From: Nemertoderma westbladi
Lineage: Eukaryota > Animalia > Xenacoelomorpha
DNA: 64,000 bases
NCBI GenBank assembly: GCA_032718475.1
Contig: JAUCBJ010005949.1
Span: forward strand, 49,638-113,637
Direction: 5' to 3'
Part shown: positions 1 through 14,400 of the stretch, piece by piece
Layout: every line of letters begins with the position of its first letter
Position numbering within the stretch: position 1 is the stretch's first letter
Notes under the pieces: model-generated
Databases searched by the model: none
The model's input: only the letters and a program-made list of their open reading frames with translations
Told to the model about the DNA's origin: nothing
Translations under genes and position numbers: made by a program

Positions 1-104
1 ATTCTTATTTTATCTCCCTTTCTTCCTGTCCATTTGCATTCATCATCTTTCTCTTCACAGACACCCGGACAACAACATAGGCATTTCTTCAGAAATTTCG
101 CCAT
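1..104 (-). CDS. 5' end of a paralog of the 240-aa ORF at 45826-46548 (runs off the window start)
   Basis: ATG at 102-104 on the minus strand; reads MAKFLKKCLCCCPGVCEEKDDECKWTGRKGDKIR, nearly identical to the N-terminus of 45826..46548. Confidence 0.65.
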   Translation of the reverse strand, partial: MAKFLKKCLCCCPGVCEEKDDECKWTGRKGDKIR

Positions 105-847
105 TAATAAATTATTTTTAACACCACAATACAGTCACAATGTTGTGGTACAGTAGAATTGATTACAAATTGGAGCACTGTATTAATTATTATTGATGTA
201 ACTTTTAAAATATTATTTTTGACAGATTTTAGGTTAGCGAATCCTGTATTTATAAAGGCGAGATTGGTATTGGGATTCTTTTGGGATTGTTTATCACCCG
301 TATTATTGATATTGAATGGGACTTTACCGTAATGGTGCCTATATGTATGTACTCTTTGTGTGGGTGGTTAAGATAAGATAAGCGTAGTTAGTTAGTTATA
401 GTTCTATTTTTATACATTACCTCAGTACCTGCAATAAACACACTGACGTCCTAATGAATTAATAATCTCCTTATTCTTTCTACAGTACTTACAGTGGCAA
501 CGATCAGACACTCTGGCTGGACAGTGGCTAGGCTGCCTGGCATAACAATAATTAAACAGGTAAACAATAGAGTCTTATACACCCCACAAACAATAAAAAA
601 ATCATAGAATAAGGACATTACGCCCAAAATACTCGTCCTTCGGGCCATCAACAAACCACAAGGGGCATAAACAAAAAAAAACAACAAACAAAAATCAAAT
701 ATATTAAAAATGCTCAACATACAGGTAACCACCATAAACTATAAATGATATTATACTTCACAAAAGCTAAGCCTATATTCTAAAAGAAAATATATGACAT
801 TGTAAAAGCTTTTGCGGACAAAATAAGTCAGTTTGCGCAATGCGCTG
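1..847. repeat. Segmental duplication copy 1 (matches about 46445-47040), including the junction with the D-type LTR
   Basis: Near-identical sequence by eye; this copy has about 250 extra bp (481-729); both copies continue GACAT|TGTAAAAGCT into the same LTR. Confidence 0.9.
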
Positions 848-2747
848 AATACTGTAAAAGGCTTATAATTGTACAACTACGTGTCTGTCAAAAAACTCAA
901 GAGTTGGAATGACAAAATCTACCAGCTGTTCCTTCATGTGAGGAATCTGCTTTGTTGACATATATTTCAGCCAATCAGAGCGATCTCCCTTCCTCTGTTT
1001 ACAGTGGCCTATAAGAAATGATGCAATGGCGGCAAATTCGGAGAATTCATTCATTCAGAATTCATTCATTCGGACATTCTGACTTTCTGACTTTGCCCTA
1101 ACATCAGTGGCCTAAGAGAGTCGTAAGAACGCAAATCTATTAACACATTGCATATCATACACATCTCACTGCACAATTCATACACTGTAAACTGCAATAC
1201 TGCTGTTGCGTCATTAACACCATTTCTACTGTTTTATACTATTGTTAATTGCTGTTATATATTAATGGATGTTATATTTGGAGAATACTGATGAATAATC
1301 GTTAAATCCCCCTTAATTTTCTTAATTACTGAGGTAAGCAGAAGGGTGTATCAGTAGCAATTGTGGCTCAATTTATAGTGGTTTGTGTGAATTTAATGCT
1401 ATTTCATAATCCTAACGTATGTGAGTCGCAATCCTCCTTATATATTACTAAAATCAGTGGCAGACGGCAAATCAGTGTGCGTTAGAGTGAATATTAGTGT
1501 AGAGTGTTAGTGTGAAGGTTAATAAAGCATTCCTAAAGAATGTGCCAATTGCATTATCCTAGTGCCACCAGTTGTAATTAGTGTCAGTCATAACTCTGCT
1601 TGATACTTAAAGCGCCACGTCCCAAAGGAACTGTTAATATTTTCCCGAAAGTAAATATAGTTGTCGGTGTTGAAAATATATTAGACTGTGGTGATGGGAA
1701 TGTTGACCATACTGTATCTATAAAATATATTCCCTTCTGGATCTAAGTTCTTATCTTTTAGTTGTACCGGTACTCTGTACTGTACTGCTTTCTTATATAT
1801 ATATCTGAATGTGCTTTTGTCTATGTAAGTCTGCATGTGCTTTGTATGTACATTTTATTAACTGTATGTCTTATTGCCTACCTCATGAATATGGAAACAT
1901 AGTGCAGAATTGCTTGACTCTGTATTTTCTTCTGCTTGATTAGACTGCAATTCTCAACATGGTGCCTGGACCCGTTGAGTCCTCCTGACCTAATTGTACC
2001 GCACATACGGTACCACTGGAAATACGGTACAACTACCTGACTACATAGGTGCTAATTGAATATTACGCCTGCTGTAATAATGGAATCTAAAAAACGAACG
2101 CAATTACTACCATCAACTGGCAGACTGGGGATGACGGACCACATTGATTAACATGTTTTGTACCTATGGATGCCTTGGAATCTAGAAATAGTGCTACTGT
2201 CCTAAGCCTACTACCTACAGATAATGAAATGTTGAATACTTGAATATACATTGAAATGTTACTTAACTTCTAAAGACCGAGGTTAGTTTGCTATCCTACT
2301 GCAGTGCACATTGCAGTGACTAAAATCAGTGGCAGATGGCAAATCAGTGTGCGTTAGAGTGAATATTAGTGTAGAGTGTTAGTGTGAAGGTTAATAAAGC
2401 ATTCCTAAAGAATGCGCCAATTGCGTTATCCTAGTGCCACCAGTTGTAATTAGTGTCAGTCATAACTCTGCTTGATACTTAAAGCGCCACGTCCCAAAGG
2501 AACTGTTAATATTTTCCCGAAAGTAAATATAGTTGTCGGAGATTTTATAGCAGTGATCAATCGAATAATACAAAGTAGCCTACTGCAATATTGTTCTCTC
2601 TTTATAACAGAATCCAGTCTCCCACACCCGTGGGTCATACACAGCGCTAGACTGGCTTCAGCTGATGTCAATTAGTACGGGCAATAGTCAATTCATAAGA
2701 CACTTAAATTAGCAGGTTAAACTGTTAAAGGTCTAAAAGCGCGAACA
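801..2747 (+). repeat. 5' LTR of element D, expanded by an internal 221-bp duplication (1447-1667 / 2319-2539) and an insertion
   Basis: TGTAAAAGCT...AAAGCGCGAACA termini shared with the other LTRs; conserved internal blocks such as AAAGCGCCACGTCC.AAAGGAACTGTTAATATT. Confidence 0.85.
1668..1975 (+). mobile_element. Unrelated short LTR (292 bp, 1668-1959) with a canonical tRNA-type PBS, inserted in the D LTR
   Basis: Inverted termini TGTTGA...TCAACA followed directly by TGGTGCCTGGACCCG, resembling tRNA-Phe/His-type PBS sequences. Confidence 0.65.
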
Positions 2748-2758
2748 TTAATAGATTT
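2748..2758 (+). promoter_or_regulatory. Non-tRNA primer-binding site of D (TTAATAGATTT), complementary to LTR 1133-1143
   Basis: Exact 11-nt reverse complement of AAATCTATTAA at 1133-1143; abuts the LTR terminal CA. Confidence 0.8.
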
Positions 2759-3405
2759 ATTCTTTTATTGCTCAGTAGGCAATAAACCATAACATACCGG
2801 TCTGACGGTAAACTGTAGGCTTAGTAGTGCCGAACCGGTACCGTATAGCAGTATTACTTCAATTGTGACATATTTGTATATTCGTAGGCTGTTTAAGAGA
2901 CTAGGGCCTGTACACCCCTTATTTCTTTTAGAGTTTACATATTTCTGTTGGCTTTATTTACAGTCTGTGTCTTGTTCTGTGTTTGGTCTGTGTTTTATTT
3001 GAATAGTCTGTATGGGTAGCGTAATATTTATTATTCAGAGTTTATGCAAGTAATTTACAACATCCATGTTCCAAAGTTTATTCCTTACAGTAATTCTGCT
3101 TGTTATGCATAACACAATAGTTAAATTAACCCCAGTACTATTTCAGGACTGCTTGGCATAGGACAAACTGGTGATTTCTTTAGCATCGGATGATTAAACC
3201 TAATTACTCCAGTCACTCCAGCAGATGCTGTGGTTCTTTTAGCTGTTCACGTATATTTAACTGCAAGTTATATGTTGTATAAGTGCTAGTATCTAATCTA
3301 GGGTTTAGAGTACAGCGCTTTCCTGAAAGTTAATGTAGTGTGTACGCAGTATATTTGTGTTGTAACGTCGTTAATAGGTCTGTTAGCTTTAGGCTTCGAT
3401 AATTA

Positions 3406-6400
3406 ATCGAAGGACTGTCTCCTGTAGCCCTGATGTGCCATCCAGCTACCACGTCGGCGGCTCCCGCACCTGCGGTTGAGTGGATGGAGGAAGGGCGGCA
3501 GGAGCTGAGAGAGTTGCTTGGGCACTTAGCCCAAACAAAGGCTCGATCTGATGAACAAGTCCGAGATTTGGAAGGAACTGTTAAATTATTAAAGGGAATA
3601 GTACGAGGCAGTAGAATAGAGTTGCAAGAAGTGTAGCAACACATCGTTCTCGAATGCGATAAATTAGTCAATATACAAATGGGTGTACCACCACCCCCTG
3701 TAACATTGTGTCAGCCCTTTAGGCCTGAAGTACCTCATGCGCAAGGTATGGAGCATACTGCTAGTGAAGTAGAAACTCCTATAGTAAACCATGTTAATTA
3801 TATTAATAAACCTGTTGATAATGATATCCCATACCGATCTGATAATAATCCGTGAAATTTATATACTGATAATTCGATATTAAACAGTACGATGGCTCAA
3901 GAGAGTTTCCGCGTCAGATGGCTAGGATGGAAGCTCGTCAAGCTGTAAAGGTGGGAGAGGTTGTCAAGTTTAATGGAGATGAGATGAAATGGTTACCTTT
4001 TAATGAATATTACAAAGATAACATACAAAAGTCTGTACTATCCAACGGAGAAAAACTCATCGAGTGCTTGGAAGGTCCTCCCAAGTTAATGGCGTTTAAG
4101 TTTATTGGACATCCTGACGGTTTAAGACAAGTTTGGGATACACTTAACATCAGGTATCTACAGGTATCAGGTATCAGGCATCTAGGTGGCTACATGTCTA
4201 AACATTAAATGTCCTCCCATTTCTTTGCTTTTAATCCGTTTAACCTGAAACTTGGCACAATTGTACTCGACCATTAGCTGTGTCATTTAAACTTTTTCTG
4301 AGGTTTTAACCCTTCGTTTTTTCAAACAGATGATTCCTTTGAAGTCAATTTTGACCTCAGGTAAATGAGAGGGTTGGGGTGGTAGTAGGGTCTTGGGCGG
4401 CTCAGCGACAGTTAGACCTCACTGACTAATTTCTATGGTGGTAGGAGCTGTAGAAAGGATTAATAAATAATAGAAAGGATTAATAGAAGATAGGAAAAGA
4501 GCTGCAGCCGCTGAGGCCAAACTTAAAGCTGCAGCGCGGAAGTTGAACGGAAAGCTGCAGCGATAGCGGCGGAAGTCGAACAGAAAGCTGCAGCAGCAGC
4601 GGCAGCGGCAGTGGCAGCGGCAGCAGCAGTGGCAGTGGCAGAAGTCAAACTTAAAGCTGCAGCGGCAGCGGCAGAAGTTGAACTTAAAGCTACCACAGTA
4701 GAAATTGAAAAAAGGGCAGCTGAAGCCAAAGCACAACTAGAGTTAGAGAGCATTCAAGCGAGACAAGATTTCTTAAGTAAACCAAGGGCAGCGAATCAGA
4801 TGCAATACCTAAGTCGATCTACTCCTAAAAGACATGGATTTACTACTTCCTCGGATGAAGGTACTATCACTGATTCCAAGTGTAGAAGAAATAAATCCCA
4901 TTCAAATGGATGTAGAAGAGCGCCCATAGGACATAAGTTAGCCCCCCCCCCCCCCCCCCCCCCCGGTGAGAAGGGAATTAACTAATGCAGACTTAAGAGC
5001 TAAAGAGTCAATAACTCAAGTTGTACGATCAGATAGACACCCTACTATAGTGGATGAGCCAGAAATAATTAGGCCTGCTATCAAAACTACTCCTTTAATG
5101 GAGACCCTTTTGCTGCCTGAACACAACTCTGAATTCCCTTTACACAGTACCAAACTTACCTTGGCCAGTAGACAAATACCAGAGTCTCCGACCGGTATTG
5201 ATACCGAGCAAAATTTGTTTATCGAAGGACTGTCTCCGGTAGCCCTGATGTGCCATCCAGCTACCACGTCGGCGGCTCCCGCACCTACGGTTGAGTGGAT
5301 GGAGGAAGGGCGGCAGGAGCTGAGAGAGTTGCTTGGGCACTTAGCCCAAACAAAGGCTCGATCTGATGAACAAGTCCGAGATTTGGAAGGAACTGTTAAA
5401 TTATTAAAGGGAATAGTACGAGGCAGTAAAATAGAGTTGCAAGAAGTGCAGCAACACATCGCTCTCGAATGCGATAAATTAGTCAATATACAAATGGGTA
5501 TACCACCACCCCCTGTAACATTGTGTCAGCCCTTTAGGCCTGAAGTACCTCATGCGCAAGGTATGTAGCCTACATGCATCTATACTGCTAGTGAAGTAGA
5601 AACTCCTATAGTAAACCATGTTAATAATATTAATAAACCTGTTGATAATGATATCCCATACCGATCTGATAATAATCCGTGAAATTTATATACCGATAAT
5701 TCGATATTAAACAGTACGATGGCTCAAGAGAGTTTCCGCGTCAGATGGCTAGGATGGAAGCTCGTCAAGCTGTAAAGGTGGGAGAGGTTGTCAAGTTTAA
5801 TGGAGATGAGATGAAATGGTTACCTTTTAATGAATATTACGTCAAAGATAACATACAAAACTCTGTACTATCCAACGGAGAAAAACTCATCGAGTGCTTG
5901 GATGGTCCTCCCAAGTTAATGGCGTTAAAGTTTATTGGACATCCTGACAGATTAAGACAAGTTTGGGATACACTTAACATCAGGTATCTATAGGTATCAG
6001 GTATCAGGCATCTAGGTGGCTACATGTCTAAACATTAAATGTCCTCCCATTTATTTGCTTTTAATCCGTTTAACCTGAAACTTGGCACAATTGTACTCGA
6101 CCATTAGCTGTGTCATTTAAACTTTTCTGAGGTTTTAACCCTTCGTTTTTTCAAACAGATGATTCCTTTGAAGTCAATTTTGACGTCAGGTAAATGAGAG
6201 GGTTGGGGTGGTAGTAGGGTCTTGGGCGGCTCAGCGACAGTTAGACCTCACTGACTAATTTCTATGGTGGTAGGAGCTGTAGCTTCAACTTTGCCAAAGG
6301 GTGGAGTAGGTACTCATTGGGACAAAAAGGTTCTATACTTTATGGACCAACATCAGAGAGATCCAACCATGGCGGACCTTATGTCGTTCTTAAACGGAGA

Positions 6401-7925
6401 GGTAAGATTACAGCTAATGAAACAGTCTAGAGAGAAGACTCCAGAAACCAAGGTAAGTGAGAAACCTGTTGCTAGGAGAAAGATAACACCAGTATGTTAC
6501 ACCGAATATGAGAGTCAAACATCCTATGATGAGGACAGTAGCAAAGACACCGAAAGGACTTATTATATGAGTAAAGGTAAGGAAATAAGTAAACCCACGG
6601 TTTGACCTGGTAACAAGGGAGAACAACTTAGAACTCCTCCTACGTCTCCCAAGAGAATGCCGGGTAGGAAGCCCGAAGTAAGAACTAACGTACAAAACAC
6701 CATGCATACCAAGGTAAGTAACATCAAACCTAAGTGGGTATTGTGCAAAGGGCCCCATCGTTTGAGTGGGTGTGAGGAATTCTTAAAGAAAGAACTAAAA
6801 GATCGACGTAGTGTAACTTGGGATAAAAGGTTATGTTACAATTGCCTCAGGAGAGGACGTCAAAGGAAAACCTGTTACTCAGATGTGAGGTGCGCTAAGT
6901 GTGGAGCGAAACATAATATCCTACTGCACACTGAGTTCGATAAGGTAAGTGAACCAGAACTGCATGTACAGTTCAGTGATGTAAACGACACAGATCAGAG
7001 TTTGGAGATGGAAGGATTCTATACGGACGAGTTTTCTGATGAAAATGAATTCTGCTATATGATCAACACAGCCGTATATTGAGCCCTTACTTATGAGGCA
7101 GTGACTGACAGATAGGAATCCCACCTACCCATTCCGGATCGACAGCCCTCATGGAAGGTTTCGCAACCATCTATCGGCATCAGAGAGTTTCCAGTGGTGC
7201 AGCTTAGGGTACATGGACAAGGTAAGGGCCTTATTGTTAATGCCCTCCTTGATTCAGGTAGTACAGGCACCTTTATTGATAAAGATTTAGCCGAGGATAT
7301 ATTCACTGGTCAAGAGAGATTCCAAACACAAACTGAAATTTTCCAGGATCATGCAGGTATGGAAATCTACTGTTTCTACAGATTTCTATTTAGGATCGTT
7401 GTCGACTCCCCAGGATAAATCAGGTGAGGACAGTATAAGGTCAGTTAAAATGGTGGCCAGTAAGAACTTTACTGCTAGTCAAGTAGAGCCTTATAACTGG
7501 GACGAGGACAGCTTTGCCCAACAACATAATGTCCCCAGATTTAAAACAAATTACCTAGGGGTACAAATATTACTCGGTCAGAATGCGCATGAAGCGCTAG
7601 AAACCATCGAGAAACAGCCTGCTCGACTGCTACCCTTACAAACGTATACGGGACGAACTAGAGTAGGTTGGTATTTCACGGGACCATCTAGAAGGACTTT
7701 GAAGGAGAGATTAGAAAGCGAGCAAATCCATCAGGTAAGAGAGTGTGTGGAAACCGTGAAAGATGAGGACATCATAACTGAGGGAACTTCATGCTCCTCA
7801 GATAACGGTGATATTCAGACCCTATACAACGAGGATAACACTATTGAACTCCTCACTGAGACTCAAACTCAGACGCAGAATAGCGACCTATTCGCTTATG
7901 ACAACGACGAACTTAATGAGGTAGT
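3406..7925 (+). pseudogene. gag-pol: Fragmented gag and protease of element D, with an internal duplication of about 1.05 kb (3406-4452 / 5221-6282)
   Basis: ORF pieces with KFNGDEMKWLPF, zinc knuckles (CYNCLRRG) and ALLDSGSTGTFI, broken by stops and frameshifts; an unrelated segment of about 270 bp replaces part of gag in both duplicate copies. Confidence 0.85.
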
Positions 7926-9158
7926 TGTAAAAGCTTTTACTGAATTGTCCGGTTATTTTTCCTTATTTTTCCCGTAAAGTACTCTGTAGTTGGTTTACCA
8001 GGCATAAAAAGGCCGTGTCCTTGCTGTACTGGTGTTTTAGCGGACATAAAAGCTATTTCTTCTGTATTTGTACTTTAGAGGACATAATCCATAATTCCGT
8101 GACGTAAAAGCTCGATACTCTTGAAAACAGTGTCGCTACCATGACGACGGCTAGCAGCTGATATTGCCACGTCGACGTTTCTTTGTTTCTCTGTTCTCTC
8201 GTTGTTCATGTTGACCAATCAGAGCGTTTGTGATCTCTGTGTTGGAGGTATATACAGAAACTCAGTAGTTCAGTGTTATGTTTTTGTCCAGAGCCTAAGA
8301 ACCGGCTTTGGCACCTCCGTGTTTTCAGTTTTTAGTCTTACACTAGTAGGTTTAATTATAAAGGGCATATATCCTTTAACTGACGCACCTACCTGACTCA
8401 TGGAATCACTGCATACTGATGACTGATGTCTGCATACTGCAGTACTGCATACACTGCATACTGTGTAACATTGTGCATACCTTTATATTGTTATACTGCT
8501 ATTTACCGTCAGTTCTTCATAATATGGTTGATGAATAATTATATTTGGAATAACGATAAACAACCCCGAAACCCAATGTTCTTGATATACCGAAGGTAAG
8601 AGAGAAGGGTTACAGATAAACGATTGTGACTTATGTTAAAGTGGTTTGAAGTGAATCTAATGTTATTTGATAGACCCTACATGAGCCAGTCTGTGTTCCT
8701 TTTATATGTGACTAAAATCAGTGAAGATCGGCAGATTAGTGTGCAGTATTGTGCAGCATTGTGTATGAGTGAGTCTGTTAAAGAAGCATTCCTAAAGAAT
8801 GCGCCATATATGTGAATTATAATTAAGCCATATCGTTGTGAGTGGTTTAAGTCATAACTCTGTTTATATAGATAAAGCGCCACGTCCTAAAGGAACTGTT
8901 AATATTCCCGAAGGTGAATAATATTGTCAGAGATTATATAATACTGTCAGTCGAATAATACATTAGGCTTACATAGCAATAAAATTAAACCGTCGAACCC
9001 AATCTCCCGGGAATTTCCAGTGGGTGAATGGTCGCGCACGGATTGGTTTCGACTAGTGTAGTGAATCAAATACTTGTCATAGACTAAAAACTGATTTAAT
9101 ATCTAGAAGACATCTTAATTTGGTGGGTTAAACTGCCAAAGGTCTGAAAGCGCGAACA
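7926..9158 (+). repeat. 5' LTR of element A
   Basis: Direct repeat of 18670-19902; CCAAT (8215), TATATA (8249) and TCAGT (8262, 8270) motifs. Confidence 0.95.
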
Positions 9159-9169
9159 TTAAAGGATAT
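9159..9169 (+). promoter_or_regulatory. Non-tRNA primer-binding site of A (TTAAAGGATAT), complementary to LTR 8369-8379
   Basis: Exact 11-nt reverse complement of ATATCCTTTAA; no TGG after the LTR. Confidence 0.8.
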
Positions 9170-9439
9170 TGCTTCTGTATTGCAGTAGGCAATAAAGCTG
9201 AAGTACCGGCAACCGGTACCCAGTAGGCCTGACTACCTAACCACCCGGACCGGTACCTACAGCAGTACAGGTGCAGCAGTATTATTCGATTTTGATAATT
9301 ATATACCGGTAGGCCTTAATAATTAATCAGGGAGGGCCCGCCCTGGTTTTTTATTGAGTTTTTACTTATTTCTGTCAAATTTTATTTATTTGTAGGCCAG
9401 TATTGAACAGAAGGCGTGTAAACCTCATCAGATTGTACA

Positions 9440-11330
9440 GACAATTTGTAGGCTGAGCTGTTGTCTGATTGCTGTTAAGTCTGAACGGATTGCAGTGTGT
9501 GTAGAGCAACTGTCCGATTAAGTACGATTAGGCAGTAGGGGCAGTGAATACTGTAAGGTAAACCCCCAATTAAAGAATAAGTCGCACTACTGGGTTAGAG
9601 CGCATACTCCCTAATCATTTCGGAGTCTGCATGTCCTGTGGTTTATTTAGGCTTGAGAGTAGTCTGCCATCGTTTGGTCTGTACTTTGTTTGTGTAAGTC
9701 TGTACGGGTAGCGTATAATTTTATTTAAATAATTTGTAGGCTGGATAGTTGTCTGGCTGTTATTAAGTCTGAGCGGATTGCCGCGTGTGTAGATCATCTG
9801 TCCGATTAAGTACGATTAGGCAGTAGGGGCAGCGAACGCTGTAAGGTAATCCCCCAGCTAAAGAATAAGTCGCACTACTGGGTTAGAGCGCATACTCCCT
9901 AATCATTTCGGAGTCTGCATATACCGTAGTTTGTTTAGGCTTGATAGTAGTCTGTCAGTGTTCGGTCTGTATTTTATTTGAGTAGTTTGTACGCGTAGCG
10001 TAATATTTATTATTCAGAGTTTATGCGATTATTCGCAACATTCATTCCCTAAGTTTGTTCCTACAGTAATTGTGTTTGTTATACATACCGTTATAGTTAA
10101 ATTAACCCCGGTACTATACGGGCTGCTCGGCGTAGGTAAAGACTGGTGATTTTGTGCATCGGTCACTCCAGCAGATGCCGTGGTTCTTTTAGCTGTTCAA
10201 GTATATTTAACTACTGATTATTTGTTGTACAAGTACTCGTACCTAATTTAGGGTTTAGTGTACAGTGCTTTCCTGAAGTAATTATTGTAGCCATTATATT
10301 TGTGTTGTAAAGTGGTTGATAGGCACATTCGATTAGCTCTATTAACTTCTAGGTAGGAACACTCCGTGATACATAACGTAGAACCTATAGCGATACGGCT
10401 ATAGGTCGTCAGGCGGTGGCATTTTCCTATCTAGACAACGCAGTGTATTTACTACTACTTATTATTTCAAATACCGTAGTACCCTGTCCGCTGTAATAAT
10501 CAGTTTTCTAACCCTTTGTTAGGCTGGTTTGTAGACTTCTTGTAAAATTACCCTAAAAATTCGTATTTTGCGTTTTTGTAAATTTTTGTGTTTATTTAGA
10601 GATTGTAATCTCAACCCGAATTGTACGTAATTTGTAGTATTAAGTAACTTAGGTCAATTAGAATTATTTGTTTTAGTGTCTTATAAGTAACACTTCATTG
10701 AAAGCGCACCGCTTTGTGTAGTGATTACTCCCCAGAAATAATAACATTTATTTCAAACATTGACTAAACCCATTAAAACGGGTATATATATATTATAAAT
10801 CAAATCTAACGATTTATAAATAGTAGACCTACCATATAACCATTAGGTCTCAATATCAGTTGGATTACTGCTCAAATAACGGTAATAAAGTAAGTAAAGT
10901 AACAAAGTAACCCTAAAGTAACAGAAATTCAATTATTTGAAATAATTGATATACCGGTATTTACAATAGGCTTATTATATTTATTTCTATAAATTTTAGG
11001 TTGAAATCATACCGGTATTCTGTAATTAATTCTAGTTTGTAATTATACTTATATATATATACTATAAGTGTAAACTGCATACCGGTATTTACGATAGGCC
11101 TATTATCTTTATTTCTATAAATTTAGGCTGAAATTATACTGGTACTTGTAATTAATTCTAGTCCAGAATTATATATACTACAAACTGTAAGCTGTATACC
11201 GGTATTCCCGATAGGCCTATTATATATTTATATATATTTGTGCTAAAATTATACCGGTATTCTGTGATAAACCTAGTCTGTAATAATACTTATATAGTTA
11301 TATATACTATAAGTATACCGGTATTCTAAT
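9440..11330 (+). repeat. Long 5' leader of A with a tandem pair of about 290 bp and AT-rich repeats with TACCGGTA cores
   Basis: AATTTGTAGGCTG...GTAGCGTAAT occurs twice (about 9442-9720 and 9731-10005); ATACCGGTATT recurs across 10950-11330; same layout in B and C. Confidence 0.75.
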
Positions 11331-11459
11331 ATATTATATATATCACGCTACACTGAGTAGCAGTAACGGTAATTAATTACTAGGCTAGTAGGTAATATTG
11401 AGTTACTAGACTTACTCAGACTGTAATACAGCAGTAGACATTCAACTGTACACATAAGC

Positions 11460-14400
11460 ATGTCTGACGCAAAGCAGAACCTGTCAGACAGTCTACTAGA
11501 TACAACCGAGAGCGAAGTGACAGCAGAGAAACCGCATAAGAGGGATGCCATTGATATCTATCTGTCAGACTATCAGCGTTTTGTGGGAGATGAAGAGTTG
11601 AGGAGAAGGCTAGAGGGACTTAGCCCTAATAGCGAAGGAGCCAAACTTGTGTTAGATGCGATTGATGTGGATAGGTTAGCGGCGAACCAAGCTAAATTCG
11701 ATGAACAACTCCGCCTGACAAGAGTCAAAGAAGAACAAGTAAAGAAAAAACGTATCGAAGACAGAAAGGCAGCGGCAGTAGCAGCAGCAGTGGCAGCTGC
11801 AGAAGCAGAAACAAAGGCAGCAGCGGCAGAGGCAGCGGCAGAGGCAAAAGCGGCAGCGGCAGAGGCAAAAGCGGCAGCGGCAGAGGCAGCGGCAGAGGCA
11901 GCGGCAGAGGCAAAAGCGGCAGAAGCAGAAAGAAAGGCGGCAATGGCAGCGGCCGAAGCGGAAAGAAAGGCGGCAGAGGCAGTGGCAGAAGCAGAACGGA
12001 GGGCATCTGAAGAGGCAACCCAACTAGAGTTGGAAAATCTTCAAGAGAGGCAAGACAACTTCAATAAACAGTTAACAGCGAGCAATATGCAGATGATGAG
12101 TCGATCTACTCCCAAAAGACAAGGGTATACCTCATCTGAGGAAGGCGATACCACCGACACTGAAGGCGGAAGAAATCGATCTCGCCTAAGCAGACGTAAA
12201 AGAACATTCCACCGGCAGAAATTGCCTGATTTGCCTCCAGCTGTTAGAAGGCAACTAAATAACACCAACTTAGGTAGTACAGAGCCCACAGACCAAATAA
12301 TTACAATAGAAAGACTCCCTACTATAGTAGATGAGCCTGAAATAATTAGGCCTGTTCTTGAAATCACCCCTTCGGTGATAGACACACCTGTGCTCCCTGA
12401 AGCTACTTCTAAATTCCCTCTACATAGCACTAAGCTACCTGTGCCCAGTAGAACTGCCCAGGCGACAGTTCAGGTCCTGGACCCCGAGCGAAATATTCAT
12501 AATTTGTCGCCCGTTGTCCCTCGTCCGCCCGCTACAACGTTGGCGACTCCCGCTTCGGCGGTCGAATGGGTGGACAGGGGACGGCGGGGGATGGATATCC
12601 TGCTCGGGCAGATGCAGGAGACTGTCCAGCAATTCAAGGGCACAGTAAGGGAAAGTAGGCTAGAGTTGCAAGAAGTGCAGCAAAGTATCGCGCTAGAACG
12701 CGATAAATTAGTAAATACCCAAAAGGGTATACCACCACCCTCTGTAACAATGTGTCAACCTGTTAGGTCTGAAGTATTGCATGCGCAAGGTGTGGAGCCT
12801 ACACGCATATATACTGCTAGCGAAGTAGAAACTCCTATAGTGAACCCTATTAAGGGTAATTATAGACCTGTTGATAATGATATTCCCTATAGAACTGATC
12901 ATAATCCGAGAAATTTATATACCGATAACTCGATATTAAATAGCACAATGGCCCAAGAAAGTTTTACGCGTCAAATGGCTAGAACCGAAGCCCGGCAAGC
13001 GGTAAAGGTTGGAGAGATCGTCAAGTTCAATGGAGATGAGATGAAATGGTTACCTTTTAATGAATATTACAAAGATAACATACAGAACTCTGTACTATCT
13101 AATGGAGAAAAACTTAGATACCTCATCGAGTGCTTGGAAGGATCTCCCAAGTTAATGGCGTTAAAGTTTATTGGCCATCCAGACGGATTAAGACAAGTTT
13201 GGGATATACTAAACATCAGGTATGGTAATAGGAATAATATCGCTAAGTATTTATATGCAAAATTAGTAGCGCCCAGAAAGTTCATCAGCAGTGGGATAAT
13301 AGAGTTTTCCGATGAGATTCAAGAGATCTGTAGACAATTAGATTGGTTAGGTAAGTCTCATGAATACCAAAGTTCTATGGTCATTGGAGCTGTGGCTTCT
13401 ACTTTACCGAAAGGTGGGGTAGGCACACGCTGGGATAAGAAAGTACTTTATATGATGGAACAACAACGACGAGACCCTACCATGGCTGATCTCATGTCAT
13501 TCTTGGATGGAGAAGTGAAATTGCAACTCCTCAAGCAGTCCCGAGAGAAGACACCGGAAAACAAGGTAAGTGAAAAACCCGTCTCTAGGAGAAAGGTAAC
13601 ACCAGTATGTTATACCGATGACGGCGAAAGCCAGACTTCTCAAGGAGAAGATAGCGGGAAAGACACGGATAGATCTTATTACGTGAACAAAATGCCTAAA
13701 GATCAGGTAAGTAAATTTAAGTCTCGAACAAATGACAGGAGGGAACAGGTAAGAAAAACTCCTCCCACGTCTCCCAAGAGAATTCAGGTGAGAAAACCCG
13801 AAGAAAGGGCAAGTGTACACAATGTGACTCAAAACAAGGTAAGTAACATCAAACCAAAATGTGCACTGTGTGACGGGACCCACCGTTTAAATGCGTGTGA
13901 TAAATTCCTGAGGAAATCACTAAAGGATAGACGTGAAGTCATGTGGGATAAGCGGTTGTGTTATAATTGCCTCAGACGAGGACACCAACGGCGAACCTGT
14001 AACTCCGACGCAAGGTGTGCAAAGTGCGGCGCAAAACATCATATCTTGTTGCACACGGAATTCGAACGAAACAGCCCGAGTCAGGTAAGTGAGTCCGAAC
14101 TACATGTCCAATTCAGTGATGTGAACGACACTGATCAATCTGAGATGGAAGGATTCTATACGGACGAGTTCTCCGACCAAAACGAATCCTGTTACCTAAC
14201 AAACACCACCACAGTGTATCGAGCACTCGTGTATGAGAAAGACACAGACAGCGACCTTACCTTAACTACTTCCGATCAACAACCATCTTGGAAAGCGCCA
14301 ACTTCCAATATAGGAATCCGAGAGTTTCCTGTGGTGCAGGTAAGGGTGCACGGACCTAAACGGAGTTATGTAGTGAACGCCCTCCTGGACTCCGGCAGCA

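Noticed and set aside
8202-8883. Short ORFs repeated in LTRs (also 18946-19627, 21181..21402, 38611..38832)
   Set aside because: They recur only because the LTRs are duplicated and are not conserved between LTR subfamilies.
11676-12023. Cys/Arg- and Leu/Pro-rich antisense ORFs (also 4419..4736, 34155..34496, 50739..51110)
   Set aside because: Antisense readings of the Ala/Glu low-complexity coiled-coil repeat in gag.
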